Part shown: in pieces, positions 19,431 through 28,842 of the stretch
Layout of the letters: the number at the start of each line of letters is the position of its first letter
How positions within the stretch are numbered: position 1 is the first letter of the stretch
NCBI GenBank assembly: GCA_963845565.1
Contig: CAWJSJ010000002.1
Coordinates: forward strand, 2,240,001-2,304,000
DNA: 64,000 bases
DNA from: an uncultured Methylomirabilota bacterium
GTDB taxonomy: Bacteria; Methylomirabilota; Methylomirabilia; Methylomirabilales; 2-02-FULL-66-22
Reading direction: 5' to 3'
The notes under the pieces: generated by a model
What the model was told of the DNA's origin: nothing
Database searches by the model: none
What the model saw: only the letters and a program-made list of their open reading frames with translations
Program-made: the position numbers and the translations under genes

Positions 19431-20384
19431 GTGGGTCTGTTCGCGAGGCTCCGTGAAGGCGGATGGTGGGCGGCCGGTGGGATCGCGGCGCTGGTCGGCG
19501 CGCTTCTGTGCACCCCGCCGGGGGTGGCTGGGGCGGCCGTTGTGGCCGACATGCTGGGGCGTCCCGTCTCGATTCCCGAACGACCGCTGCGCTTGGTGTC
19601 GCTGGCGCCGAGTATCACCGAGACCATCTTTGCCTTGGGGCGCGGCGAATGGTTGGTCGGGGTGACGGCGGTCTGCGATTTTCCGGCGGCGGCCCGGGCG
19701 CTCCCCAAAGTGGGCGGGATCGCCGCGCCGAACCTGGAGCAGATCGTCCGGTTGCGGCCGGATGTCGTGTTTGTGACGGCCGAGGGAAACGCCCGCGATC
19801 TGCTCGACCGGTTAGAGCGGCTGGGCCTGGCCACGTTCGCGCTGCGGGCTGACAATTACCGAGGCGTGGTCGAGTCCGTACGGGCCGTGGGTCGGGCCCT
19901 TGCGGCGGACGAGGGCGCCCGCCGCGTGGTGGACGAGGTCGAGCGCAGCGTTCGCGCGGTGCAGGAGGGAGTCGCCGGGCGGCCACGGCCCGGCGTGCTC
20001 TATCTGATCTGGACCGATCCGTTGATCGCCGCCGGCGCCGCCACGTACCTGGACGACCTGCTAGGGTTGGCGGGCGGCCGGAACGTCGTATGGGAGCGGA
20101 CCGGCTCGTATCCGCGACTGAACTGGGAGCAGGTGGTCGGCCGCGCCCCGGAGGTGATCCTGCTGGCTGACCATCGCGAGGACAGCGAGCGCGCCGGGAC
20201 CGGGAGCGGCGACATGCCGGCGGACTGGTATGCATGGCGTGCGGTTCCCGCGATTCGCACGGGGCGCGTCCTGACCGTTCCGAGCAATACGATCCTGCGG
20301 CCCGGGCCGCGGGTCGGGGACGGCCTCGACCGGCTTGCCCGGGCCATCCACCCCGAGGCCTTCGGCCGGCGGGAGATGAAATGA
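19431..20384 (+). CDS. btuF: Cobalamin ABC transporter substrate-binding protein (BtuF-like)
   Basis: RLVSLAPSITETIFALG, CDFP, RPGPR; downstream of a B12 riboswitch; GTG start behind GGGGAG. Confidence 0.85.
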   Translation: MGLFARLREGGWWAAGGIAALVGALLCTPPGVAGAAVVADMLGRPVSIPERPLRLVSLAPSITETIFALGRGEWLVGVTAVCDFPAAARALPKVGGIAAPNLEQIVRLRPDVVFVTAEGNARDLLDRLERLGLATFALRADNYRGVVESVRAVGRALAADEGARRVVDEVERSVRAVQEGVAGRPRPGVLYLIWTDPLIAAGAATYLDDLLGLAGGRNVVWERTGSYPRLNWEQVVGRAPEVILLADHREDSERAGTGSGDMPADWYAWRAVPAIRTGRVLTVPSNTILRPGPRVGDGLDRLARAIHPEAFGRREMK

Positions 20385-21418
20385 GTCTCCGGACACCGGC
20401 TCGCAGCACCGGTCTGTCGCCCGCCGTGGTCTCGGCGTGGCTGACCGTCGTCCTGGGGGTCAGCCTGCTGCTGTCCGTGATGGTCGGGAGTGTCCCTCTC
20501 GCACCGCAGGAGGTGATCCGCGCTCTCCTGGAGGGTCAATCCCAGGACCCGGCAGCGACCATCGTGCGGCAGATCCGGCTGCCGCGGACGCTGCTGGCCG
20601 GGATCGTGGGAGCCTGCCTGTCCTTGGCCGGTCTGGCATTCCAGGCGATTTCCCGCAATCCACTGGCCGACCCGTCGGTGCTGGGGGTCAGCAGCGGGGC
20701 GTCCTTCGGCCTCCTGGTCGCGGTGCTGCTGGGGATCGCGGGGCCGACGGCCAACCCCCTGGCGACGACGCTGTTCGCGTTCGGGGGTGCGCTCCTGGCG
20801 GCGATCCTGGTGTACGTCATTGCCCAGGTGGACGGTCGCCTGCCCATGGCGACTCTCCTGCTCTCCGGCGTGATCATCGGCCTGTTCTTTACCTCCTGCG
20901 TCATGCTGGCGACCGTCGTGCTGGCGGCGGGGGAGTTGCAGGGTGTGGTCTTCTGGTTGATGGGCAACCTGGCGCCGGCCAGCACGGGAACGCTGGCGGT
21001 GTTGAGCGCGGTCCTGGTCGTCGGCATCCTGGTGTTCATCCGGCAGGCGCCGCGGTTGAACCTCTTGGCCCTGGGGGAGGAGCAGGCGCTCCAGTTGGGT
21101 GTCGAGGCAGAGCGGGTGAAACGCATCGTGTTCGTGATGGCCTCGCTCGTCACCGGTGCGGCGATCTCGGCGGCGGGCTCGATCGGGTTCGTGGGTCTGA
21201 TCGTGCCGCACGCCGCACGCCTGCTCCTGGGGCCGGATAACCGGGCGCTGGTTCCGACGAGCGCTCTACTGGGTGCGAGTTTTCTGATCCTGGCGGATCT
21301 CGGTGCGCGGACGGTCGCCGGGGCCACGGAGCTGCCGGTGGGTGTGATCACGTCTTTCTGCGGGGCGCCGCTGTTCGTGTACCTCTTGCGGCGTCGGCGG
21401 GGGTCGGACGCATGGTGA
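20381..21418 (+). CDS. btuC: Cobalamin ABC transporter permease (FecCD/BtuC)
   Basis: IRLPR, RNPLADPSVLGVSSGA, GSIGFVGLIVPH, ELPVG. Confidence 0.88.
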   Translation: MSLRTPARSTGLSPAVVSAWLTVVLGVSLLLSVMVGSVPLAPQEVIRALLEGQSQDPAATIVRQIRLPRTLLAGIVGACLSLAGLAFQAISRNPLADPSVLGVSSGASFGLLVAVLLGIAGPTANPLATTLFAFGGALLAAILVYVIAQVDGRLPMATLLLSGVIIGLFFTSCVMLATVVLAAGELQGVVFWLMGNLAPASTGTLAVLSAVLVVGILVFIRQAPRLNLLALGEEQALQLGVEAERVKRIVFVMASLVTGAAISAAGSIGFVGLIVPHAARLLLGPDNRALVPTSALLGASFLILADLGARTVAGATELPVGVITSFCGAPLFVYLLRRRRGSDAW

Positions 21419-22233
21419 GTGCGGTGGAGGTCCGGGACGTGACGTTCCGGTACCGGTCCGGACAGGGACTGGTCGGCGTGTCGTTCCGCGTGGCCCGGGG
21501 GGAGCGGGTGGGCATCGTCGGGCCCAACACCGCCGGCAAGAGTACCCTCCTCCGGCTGCTCAGCAAGGTGCTGAGCCCGGAGCGCGGCGCCGTGCTCATC
21601 CACGGCCGGGACGTGGCCACGGTGGGCCGGCTGGCTCTGGCACGCGAGGTGGCCGTCGTCCCCCAGGATTTCCAGGTGGCGTTTCCGTTCCGCGTGAGCG
21701 AGGTGGTGTTGATGGGCCGCTACCCACACACGGCGGGCGGGGCCTGGAGCGCGCGGGACCACGACGTGGCGCGGATGGCCATGGAGACGGCGGGCATCGC
21801 GGCGCTGGCGGACCGGCGGGTGGATGAGTTGTCGGGCGGCGAGCGACAGCTCGTCTCCCTGGCGCGGGCCCTGTCCCAGGAACCGTCGCTGCTCCTGCTG
21901 GACGAGCCGACCGCACACCTGGACCTTCGGCATCAACGCGAGATGGTGGAGACGGTATTCGCCGCCCCGACCGATCGGGGGCGGACGACCATTCTGGTGT
22001 CCCACGACCTCAACCTGGCGGCCGAGCATTGCGACCGTCTGCTGCTGCTGGCGGACGGCACGGTGCAGGCCTATGGCACTCCCAAGGAGGTGATGACGCC
22101 ACATCAGCTGGACCGGGCGTACGGCTGCGCCGTGGAGATCGAGGTGGATCCGACCTCGGACCGGCCGCGGCTCCGAAGCGGCCTGACGCGCCCGGACGCC
22201 GTATCTCGAGAATCGCACGACCCTCGGATGTAA
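21412..22233 (+). CDS. btuD: Cobalamin ABC transporter ATP-binding protein
   Basis: GPNTAGKST, LSGGERQ, LLLDEPTAHLD, SHDLN. Confidence 0.88.
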   Translation: MVSAVEVRDVTFRYRSGQGLVGVSFRVARGERVGIVGPNTAGKSTLLRLLSKVLSPERGAVLIHGRDVATVGRLALAREVAVVPQDFQVAFPFRVSEVVLMGRYPHTAGGAWSARDHDVARMAMETAGIAALADRRVDELSGGERQLVSLARALSQEPSLLLLDEPTAHLDLRHQREMVETVFAAPTDRGRTTILVSHDLNLAAEHCDRLLLLADGTVQAYGTPKEVMTPHQLDRAYGCAVEIEVDPTSDRPRLRSGLTRPDAVSRESHDPRM

Positions 22234-22490
22234 GGGAAGCTGGTCGCCCTCGGCCCGGACATCGGGCCGGTTGCAGGGAATCCAGCACGGTCCCGCCACT
22301 GTGAGTGGGGAGCGACCCCGCGGTAGGCCACTGTCTCGAACGGACGGCGACGAGGCAATTTGGCAACGGGGCGATTCGGGAAGGCCTTTTCGGCACTTCC
22401 CAATTGCCGAATTGCCGAATCGCCAAGGCGCCGTGCCCGGGATGGGAAGGCGCGGGGAAGCGAGGATCCACAAGTCAGGAGACCTATCCG
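22195..22490 (+). ncRNA. Cobalamin riboswitch (2), enlarged, overlapping the 3' end of btuD
   Basis: TAAGGGAA, CGGTCCCGCCACTGTGA, GCCACTG, TGGGAAGG, AAGTCAGGAGACCT; upstream of a TonB-dependent receptor. Confidence 0.9.
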
Positions 22491-22536
22491 ACGGGTCACG
22501 GCCTCCCAACCTCGCGGAAAAGGAGTGTGGCCAATC

Positions 22537-24618
22537 ATGTCTCGCATGTCGTGTTGGATGTCCCGCGATCTTGTCATCTATGCGTGTATGGTCCTGAGCC
22601 TGGTCATGACGGTCACCCCCGTCGGAATCGTCTCGGCGCAAGAGCGCCCGTCGTCGGAGTCCGAGCTGACCTTGGAGCCCGTGGTGGTGAACGCGGCGCG
22701 ACTGGCCGACGATCTTCAGGAGATCCGCCGGGTCCCCAGTCAAGTGTATATGGTGACGTCCGAAGACATTGCGCGCACCAAGCCGGGCACGGTCCAGGAA
22801 GCGCTCGGCAAGGTGCCGGGAATCGTGTTCTACGATCAAACGGGCAACCCGTTCCAGCGGACGATAGACCTGCGCGGCTTCAATGCGCAGCCGAACCCCA
22901 GCGTGTCGGTGTTCGTGGACGGTGTCCGGGTGAACGAACCCGACAGCAACGCGGTCAACTGGGACCTGATCCCGATCCAGGACGTGGAGCGCATCGAGGT
23001 CCTGCCGGGCCCCTCGGCCGTCTACGGCCAGAACGCCCTGAGCGGGGTCATCAACATCATTACCAAACGAGGGACGACGAGTCCGCAGACGACGATCACC
23101 GCGATGGCCGGCAGCTACGGCCAGTATCGGGTGTCGGCCAGCACCAGCGGCCCGCTGCCGAAGGGCTTCAACTATTCCTTCAACCTCGGGCTCGACCGAG
23201 GAAGCGCAGACCGCGATTACTCCGACAGCCGGGTATCGAATTTCGCGGGCCGGCTGGGGTATCGTCCAACGGACGACACCGACCTCGGCCTCGCCTACAG
23301 CTACGTCAACAGCCGTCTGGAGCAGCCGGGCGTTCTCACCCTCTCGGAGCTCGCGCAGAATCGCCAACAAAGCGTCACCCAAGGGCTGTCGACGAACGAG
23401 CTTTCCACGGTAATCCTCCAAGGAAAACAGCGCCTCGGCTCGGGATTCTCTCTGGCTGGCAATGTCGCGTATCGGCAGACCTTGCAGGACCAGAACAATG
23501 TCGGGAGATTCAGCACCGCCCGCTTGACCACCGAGACGAACACCACCAGCGGCGTCCTCCAGCTCTCGCACGAGGGGCGATTCTGGGATCGGCAGAGCCG
23601 ATTCTCCTTGGGGGGGGAATTCCAGTACAGCACAGTGAACCCCGTGGGGAGTGGAGACTTCGGCGGCTTTCCCTTCTCGAGCCGACAGTCGATCGACGAG
23701 AGTGTCTTCGGGGTCTTTGCACAAGAGAGCTTCGATCTCACCTCTCAGGTGAACCTGACCGCGGCGGTCCGGTACGACTCGGCCAATATTCGCTTCGAGG
23801 ACCAGATCGATCCGGCCAATAGCGGCTCCAACTGGTACGGCGAAGTCACGCCCCGGGTGGGGCTCACCTACACGCCGTGGTCGCCCCTGACCCTCTACGC
23901 GAACTACGGTCAGGGGTTTCAGATCCCGACGACGAACGAGCTGTTCTCGCTGGGTCCGTTCGGATCGAATCCGGACCTGAAGCCGGTCAAGAGCCAGACC
24001 TTCGAACTCGGATTGCGGGCGCGCCCGGCGGCTTGGCTGGATACCACGCTGGCCGTGTTTCGAACCGACGTGACCGACCAGATCTTCTTCGTGGTGACCG
24101 ATCCGGCCACATTCTCGGGGAGAAACGAAAACGCGCCGAAGACTCGCATCACGGGCGCCGAGATCGGGGTCAAAATTCGCCCAACCGACTGGGTGGATCT
24201 TCTCGTGAATTACACCTACACGAAATCGCAGTTCCAGGATACCTTCACCCTCTTCTCGGGGACGGTCCAGAAGGGGGACAGGGTTCCGCTGGTCCCGTTG
24301 AGCCGGGTGAACGGCACGGTGAACGTCCGTCCGATATCGGGCCTGGAGATCGGCGTGACCGGGCAGTACGTCAGCCAGCAGGTCCTGCTGAACGATGAGC
24401 CGAACCAATCGACCTACCGACTTCAGGACGCCTTTCTCCTCAGCGCGCAGGCGTCCTACACCTGGAACCGGCTCCGGTTCTTCCTGCAGGGCAACAACCT
24501 GACAAACAATCCCTACGAAACGTACGGCATTGTCTCGGGTCCCACCGTGTACTTAATGCCCGCTCCCGGCATCAATTGCATGGGCGGGGTGTCCATTCGT
24601 TTCGAGGATTACTACTGA
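22537..24618 (+). CDS. btuB: TonB-dependent receptor, probable BtuB-type cobalamin receptor
   Basis: Signal peptide, TonB box-like EPVVVNA, plug IERIEVLPGPSAVYG-type motif, NPDLKP, beta-barrel; behind a B12 riboswitch. Confidence 0.8.
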   Translation: MSRMSCWMSRDLVIYACMVLSLVMTVTPVGIVSAQERPSSESELTLEPVVVNAARLADDLQEIRRVPSQVYMVTSEDIARTKPGTVQEALGKVPGIVFYDQTGNPFQRTIDLRGFNAQPNPSVSVFVDGVRVNEPDSNAVNWDLIPIQDVERIEVLPGPSAVYGQNALSGVINIITKRGTTSPQTTITAMAGSYGQYRVSASTSGPLPKGFNYSFNLGLDRGSADRDYSDSRVSNFAGRLGYRPTDDTDLGLAYSYVNSRLEQPGVLTLSELAQNRQQSVTQGLSTNELSTVILQGKQRLGSGFSLAGNVAYRQTLQDQNNVGRFSTARLTTETNTTSGVLQLSHEGRFWDRQSRFSLGGEFQYSTVNPVGSGDFGGFPFSSRQSIDESVFGVFAQESFDLTSQVNLTAAVRYDSANIRFEDQIDPANSGSNWYGEVTPRVGLTYTPWSPLTLYANYGQGFQIPTTNELFSLGPFGSNPDLKPVKSQTFELGLRARPAAWLDTTLAVFRTDVTDQIFFVVTDPATFSGRNENAPKTRITGAEIGVKIRPTDWVDLLVNYTYTKSQFQDTFTLFSGTVQKGDRVPLVPLSRVNGTVNVRPISGLEIGVTGQYVSQQVLLNDEPNQSTYRLQDAFLLSAQASYTWNRLRFFLQGNNLTNNPYETYGIVSGPTVYLMPAPGINCMGGVSIRFEDYY

Positions 24619-24644
24619 TCGGCGAACGATTCCGAGGACGGAAC

Positions 24645-25628
24645 GTGAGACGCCTGGTGCAACAAGAGGGGCGGCGGTCGGCTTGGCAGCGGGGGGGATG
24701 GACGGCGACGTCTTGCCTGTTCCACGTGACGCTGCTCGGCGCTCTCGTGCTGTTCCGGCCGGCCGCCGAGACCGCGCGGACGCCCCTGCGGGTTCGGTTG
24801 TTGGCGGAGCCGATACAAGTCAGCCCGGTGGCCGCACCGGCCCCGCCGCCGGCGAAGTCGGTCCCCGCCGTCCGCCGGACCGCTCAACGGCCCGCTCCGG
24901 TACGAGAAGCCCCCACCCAGGTGGTCGTTTCAGGGGAGGCGGTCGGTGAGCCGGCCCTGCCGGCGCTCGTCCAGACCCAGGCCGCAATGCCGTTCGCGCC
25001 CGCCCCGGCTCCCGAACCGAGCCCCGCCCGAGGCGTAGGCGAGGACGGGGGGGCGCGTCATCCCTCCGAAGGGGAAGGCAGGCCGAGCGGCGGTGGGAAT
25101 ACCCGCCCGGGTCCGGGTGAGGAAGGCGCTCTCCCGACGCAGCAGGCGACCGAGCAACCCGCGGGCCTCTTCCTCGTATCCGGGGGAGGCAATAGGACGG
25201 GCGGGGCCGGCTTGGGCGCCGCAGAGGGCCATGGCGCCGGCGGCAACGCCACCGGGACCGAACGCGGCGGTTCAGGCGGCGGCAACGGCACCGCAGCGGG
25301 CCACGGCGCCGGCGGGTTGGCGGGTCTCGGAGGGCGCGGCGGCAGCGGCGCCGGAACCGGGGTCGCACACTTGCTGGGGGCTATCCGACGTCAGATCGAG
25401 CAGGCGAAGGTCTATCCGGATCGAATGCGCCGAGAGGGGATACAGGGAACCGTGGAGCTCAAGTTCCGCATCGCGAGCGACGGTTCGGTGGAGGCGATCG
25501 AGGTGGCCCGCTCCTCCGGGCATCGCGTGCTGGATGAGGTGTCGGCGCAGACCATCCGCCGTGCGGGTCCCTACCCCTTCATCGCCGGATGGATCCGGAT
25601 CCCTCTCGAGTACCGGCTGGATCGCTAG
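24645..25628 (+). CDS. tonB: Energy transducer TonB family protein
   Basis: N-terminal TM with SxxxH, Pro/Gly-rich linker, C-terminal YPDRMRREGIQGTV...SSGHRVLD domain. Confidence 0.85.
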   Translation: MRRLVQQEGRRSAWQRGGWTATSCLFHVTLLGALVLFRPAAETARTPLRVRLLAEPIQVSPVAAPAPPPAKSVPAVRRTAQRPAPVREAPTQVVVSGEAVGEPALPALVQTQAAMPFAPAPAPEPSPARGVGEDGGARHPSEGEGRPSGGGNTRPGPGEEGALPTQQATEQPAGLFLVSGGGNRTGGAGLGAAEGHGAGGNATGTERGGSGGGNGTAAGHGAGGLAGLGGRGGSGAGTGVAHLLGAIRRQIEQAKVYPDRMRREGIQGTVELKFRIASDGSVEAIEVARSSGHRVLDEVSAQTIRRAGPYPFIAGWIRIPLEYRLDR

Positions 25629-25665
25629 CCGACGAGGATCAGTCACGATGGGTGAGGACGGGACG

Positions 25666-26673
25666 ATGTCCGATCCGATACACGCGCCCCTCGGTCGTCC
25701 CCCCGGGGCCGGAGCGCCGCTCCTCCCGGGGACCGAGATGTTCATCAATCGCCTGCGGAAGAACCTCCGGCACCTGGGAAAGTGGGCGCGGCGGGAGGGG
25801 GTGACCTGCTACCGGGTGTACGACGGGGACCTGCCGGAGTACGCGCTGGCCGTGGATCTCTACGAGGGCTGGGCGCACGTCCAGGAGTACGCGGCGCCGG
25901 CGACGGTGGACCCTGCCGTGGCTCAGGCGCGGCTCCGGGCCGGGATGTCGGTCATCCCGGACGCGCTCGGCATTCCCGCAGACCGCGTGGTCCTCAAGGT
26001 CCGTCGCCGTCAGAAAGGTCTCGCGCAGTACGAGCGGCTGGCGACCACGGGCCGGTTCCGCGAAGTCCACGAGGGCGGGCTCCGCTTCCTGGTGAACCTC
26101 ACCGACTACCTGGATACCGGCCTGTTCCTGGATCACCGGCCCACCCGCGCCTTGATCCGGGGGCTCGCTCCGGGCGGTCGCTTCCTCAACCTGTTCGCGT
26201 ACACCGGGACTGCCAGCGTGTACGCCGCGGCGGGCGGGGCCGCCTCGACGACCACCGTGGACATGTCCGCCGTCTACCTCGACTGGGCGCGACGCAACAT
26301 GGGGCTGAACGGGTTTGCCGAGGGACGGGTGCACCGTTTCGTGCGGGCGGACTGCCTGGCGTGGCTCGCGACGCCGCACCCCGAGCGGTATCACGTGATC
26401 TTCCTGGATCCGCCGACCTTTTCCAATTCGAAGCGTATGGGCGAAAGCACCTTCGAGGTGCAGCGCGACCACGTGGCCCTGATCAACGCTGCCGCCAGGT
26501 TGCTCGCCCGCGACGGCGTCTTGCTCTTCTCCAACAACTTCCGCCATTTCAAGATGTACCACACCGCGCTGCCGGAACTCGCCGCGGAAGACATCTCCCG
26601 CGCGACGCTCCCCTTGGACTTTCACCGCAACCCCAAGATCCACACCTGCTGGAGAATCACCCGACGGTCCTGA
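25666..26673 (+). CDS. Stand-alone RlmK/RlmI-type 23S rRNA methyltransferase (C-terminal half of RlmKL)
   Basis: NRLRKN, CYRVYDGDLPEY, VNLTDYLDTGLFLDHR, LNLFAYTG, FLDPPTFSNSKRM. Confidence 0.88.
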   Translation: MSDPIHAPLGRPPGAGAPLLPGTEMFINRLRKNLRHLGKWARREGVTCYRVYDGDLPEYALAVDLYEGWAHVQEYAAPATVDPAVAQARLRAGMSVIPDALGIPADRVVLKVRRRQKGLAQYERLATTGRFREVHEGGLRFLVNLTDYLDTGLFLDHRPTRALIRGLAPGGRFLNLFAYTGTASVYAAAGGAASTTTVDMSAVYLDWARRNMGLNGFAEGRVHRFVRADCLAWLATPHPERYHVIFLDPPTFSNSKRMGESTFEVQRDHVALINAAARLLARDGVLLFSNNFRHFKMYHTALPELAAEDISRATLPLDFHRNPKIHTCWRITRRS

Positions 26674-26688
26674 GTGCGGAATCCGGAT

Positions 26689-27636
26689 TCAGGAACGAGA
26701 CGGAGTCTTGCGGGCGGCGGGGCCTCTCGTGGGGGCGGTGCGGAACAGGGCCCGCGCGGCGCGGATGGTGTTGCAGTGCGCCTCCACCGTGTCGTCGAGG
26801 TCCCGGCCGTAGCCTCCGCCCAGCGTGATCGCGACGGGGACGGCCGCGTCCCGACAGGCGCGCAGGACCAGCTCGTCGCGGCGGCGGAGACCCCGATGGG
26901 TGAGACGGAGACGGCCCAGGCGGTCACCCTCGTGCGGATCGGCGCCGGCCAGGTAGAAGACGAGACCGGGCCGGAACTCGGCGAGGAGCCGGGAGACCGC
27001 CGGCTCCAGCGCGCCGAGATAGTCGGCGTCCCCGGTGCCGTCCGGCAGGGCGATGTCCAGAGTGCCCGGGACCTTGCGGAACGGGTAGTTGTGGTCGCCA
27101 TGGATGGAGAAGGTGAAGACGTCGGGCTCGTTCGCGAAGATGGCCGCGGTCCCGTTCCCCTGGTGGACGTCGCAATCGACGACGGCCATGCGCTGCACCC
27201 AGGCGTCGTGCTGCAGGGTCCGAATGGCGATCGCGATGTCGTTCAGGACACAGTACCCCTCACCACGATCGGGAAACGCGTGGTGCGTTCCGCCCGCGAG
27301 GTTGGCGGCCACGGCCTCACGGATGGCAATCCGGGCGGCACTGAGCGTTCCCTGCACCGAGGCCCGCGACCGCCGAACGAGCGATTCGGACCAGGGTAGC
27401 CCCAAGCGCCGGATGGCGGCGGCGGGGAGGGTCCCGCGGCGCAACTGCTCCCAGTAGTCCTTGGCGTGGACCCGACAGATGTCCCGGGGGTCGGCCAACG
27501 TCGGTTCCAGGAGCTCGTCGGCACGAAGCGTCCCCTCGGTCAGGAGTCGCTCGCGGATCCGGCGGTACTTCTGGATGGGAAAGCGGTGATTCGCGGGAAG
27601 GTCGATGACGTAGTGATCGGAGTAGAAGGCATACAT
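26689..27636 (-). CDS. Histone deacetylase family amidohydrolase
   Basis: HRFPIQKY, GGTHHA, DCDVHQGNGTA, AGADP, LGGGY. Confidence 0.93.
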   Translation of the reverse strand: MYAFYSDHYVIDLPANHRFPIQKYRRIRERLLTEGTLRADELLEPTLADPRDICRVHAKDYWEQLRRGTLPAAAIRRLGLPWSESLVRRSRASVQGTLSAARIAIREAVAANLAGGTHHAFPDRGEGYCVLNDIAIAIRTLQHDAWVQRMAVVDCDVHQGNGTAAIFANEPDVFTFSIHGDHNYPFRKVPGTLDIALPDGTGDADYLGALEPAVSRLLAEFRPGLVFYLAGADPHEGDRLGRLRLTHRGLRRRDELVLRACRDAAVPVAITLGGGYGRDLDDTVEAHCNTIRAARALFRTAPTRGPAARKTPSRS

Positions 27637-27645
27637 GTGGATGCG

Positions 27646-27739
27646 CGTTCGACGGTTCGGCGGTTCGAATGTTCGGTCGTTCAATGGTTCGAAGTCCGAC
27701 GCACAGCTGAACCGTCGAACCGCCGAACCGTCGAACGGT
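27646..27739. repeat. Octamer inverted tandem array (GGTTCGAC / CGAACCGT)
   Basis: 6 units, a 14-nt spacer, 4 complementary units; fills nearly the whole mqnD-HDAC intergenic region. Confidence 0.85.
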
Positions 27740-27740
27740 C

Positions 27741-28574
27741 TTACTCCACGAACTCCGGTTCAATCGGCAGTGGGAGGATTCCTCGTTCGTGACCGCGCCG
27801 GAGGAGGAGTCGGACGGCCTGGCGTCCCGGCTCGCCGTAATCCAGGGTCCAGTGGTTGACGTACATGCCGACGAATCGGTCGGCGAGCGACGCGTCCAGG
27901 TCGCGCCCGTACTGCATGGCGTGTGAGAGAGCGTCCGTGCGGTGGGCGAGGCCGTACTGGATGCTCTCACGCAGCAGGCGAGACACCCGCCGCATCAGGG
28001 CTGGGCCCAGATCCTTCCGAATGACGTTTCCACCCAGCGGCAGAGGCAATCCCGTCTCCCCCTTCCACCATTCCCCCAGGTCCACGACCTTGTGGAGGCC
28101 CTGATTCTGGTACGTGACCTGGCCTTCGTGGATGATGAGTCCTGCGTCCACGCGGTTCGCGAGCACGGCATCCGGGATCTGGTCAAAGGGAACCACGGTC
28201 TGGTCCAGACCGGGACACCAGAGATCCAACGCCAACACGGCCGTCGTGAGTCTGCCGGGGACGGCGATCCGTTTTCCGCGGAGCGCCTCGGGCGAGAGCG
28301 GCGCCCGCGCCACGATCATGGGACCGTAGCCATCGCCCATGCTGGCGCCGTGCGGCAGCAATGCATAGCGATCGGCCAGGTACGCGTAGGCGTGGAACGA
28401 AACGGCAGTCACCTCGTACTCGCCCCGGAAGGCCCGCTCGTTGAGGGTCTGGATGTCCTGCAGGACGTGGACAAACTCCAGATCCGGGTCCCCGACCTTC
28501 CCCTGGGCCAGGGCATAGAACATGAACGCGTCATCTGCGTCCGGGCTGTGGGCGACCGTGATACGCTGCGGCAT
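27741..28574 (-). CDS. mqnD: 1,4-dihydroxy-6-naphthoate synthase (futalosine pathway)
   Basis: [45 protein letters not shown]. Confidence 0.88.
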   Translation of the reverse strand: MPQRITVAHSPDADDAFMFYALAQGKVGDPDLEFVHVLQDIQTLNERAFRGEYEVTAVSFHAYAYLADRYALLPHGASMGDGYGPMIVARAPLSPEALRGKRIAVPGRLTTAVLALDLWCPGLDQTVVPFDQIPDAVLANRVDAGLIIHEGQVTYQNQGLHKVVDLGEWWKGETGLPLPLGGNVIRKDLGPALMRRVSRLLRESIQYGLAHRTDALSHAMQYGRDLDASLADRFVGMYVNHWTLDYGEPGRQAVRLLLRRGHERGILPLPIEPEFVE

Positions 28575-28632
28575 GCGACTCCCCGTGACGTTGTGGCGCC
28601 TGGCGACCCGAGATATGGAAAACGGCGCGGAC

Positions 28633-28661
28633 ACCATACGGGGACGGGCGAACGGTGTCAA
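28633..28661 (-). promoter_or_regulatory. sigma70 promoter of mqnD
   Basis: TTGACA-17nt-TATGGT on the minus strand. Confidence 0.65.
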
Positions 28662-28729
28662 GCGCGTTCCACGTGCGCTTGCGGAGGTATGGTGGCCCGA
28701 AGGATTGCGGAGAAATACACCCGCGGCGC

Positions 28730-28759
28730 TTGACAGTCGCCCGCGGCACCCGATAGGCT
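28730..28759 (+). promoter_or_regulatory. sigma70 promoter of the Fe-S operon (divergent)
   Basis: TTGACA-18nt-TAGGCT. Confidence 0.55.
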
Positions 28760-28842
28760 AGCCCTTGCCTCGCGCCGCCTGGTCCCGGTCCTGCCGGGCG
28801 GTATGGGGGGTGCCACCCTGTTGTCATCACAAGGAGTGTGAC

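Noticed and set aside
20536..24408. Very long antisense ORFs (1290 aa here; also 47301-50504, 12584-15037, 14722-16851, 53660-55639)
   Set aside because: They are shadows of well-supported opposite-strand genes, expected from high-GC codon bias, and have no recognisable motifs
24930..25370. Gly-rich segment as a collagen-like or novel repeat protein
   Set aside because: It is the low-complexity periplasm-spanning linker of the TonB protein
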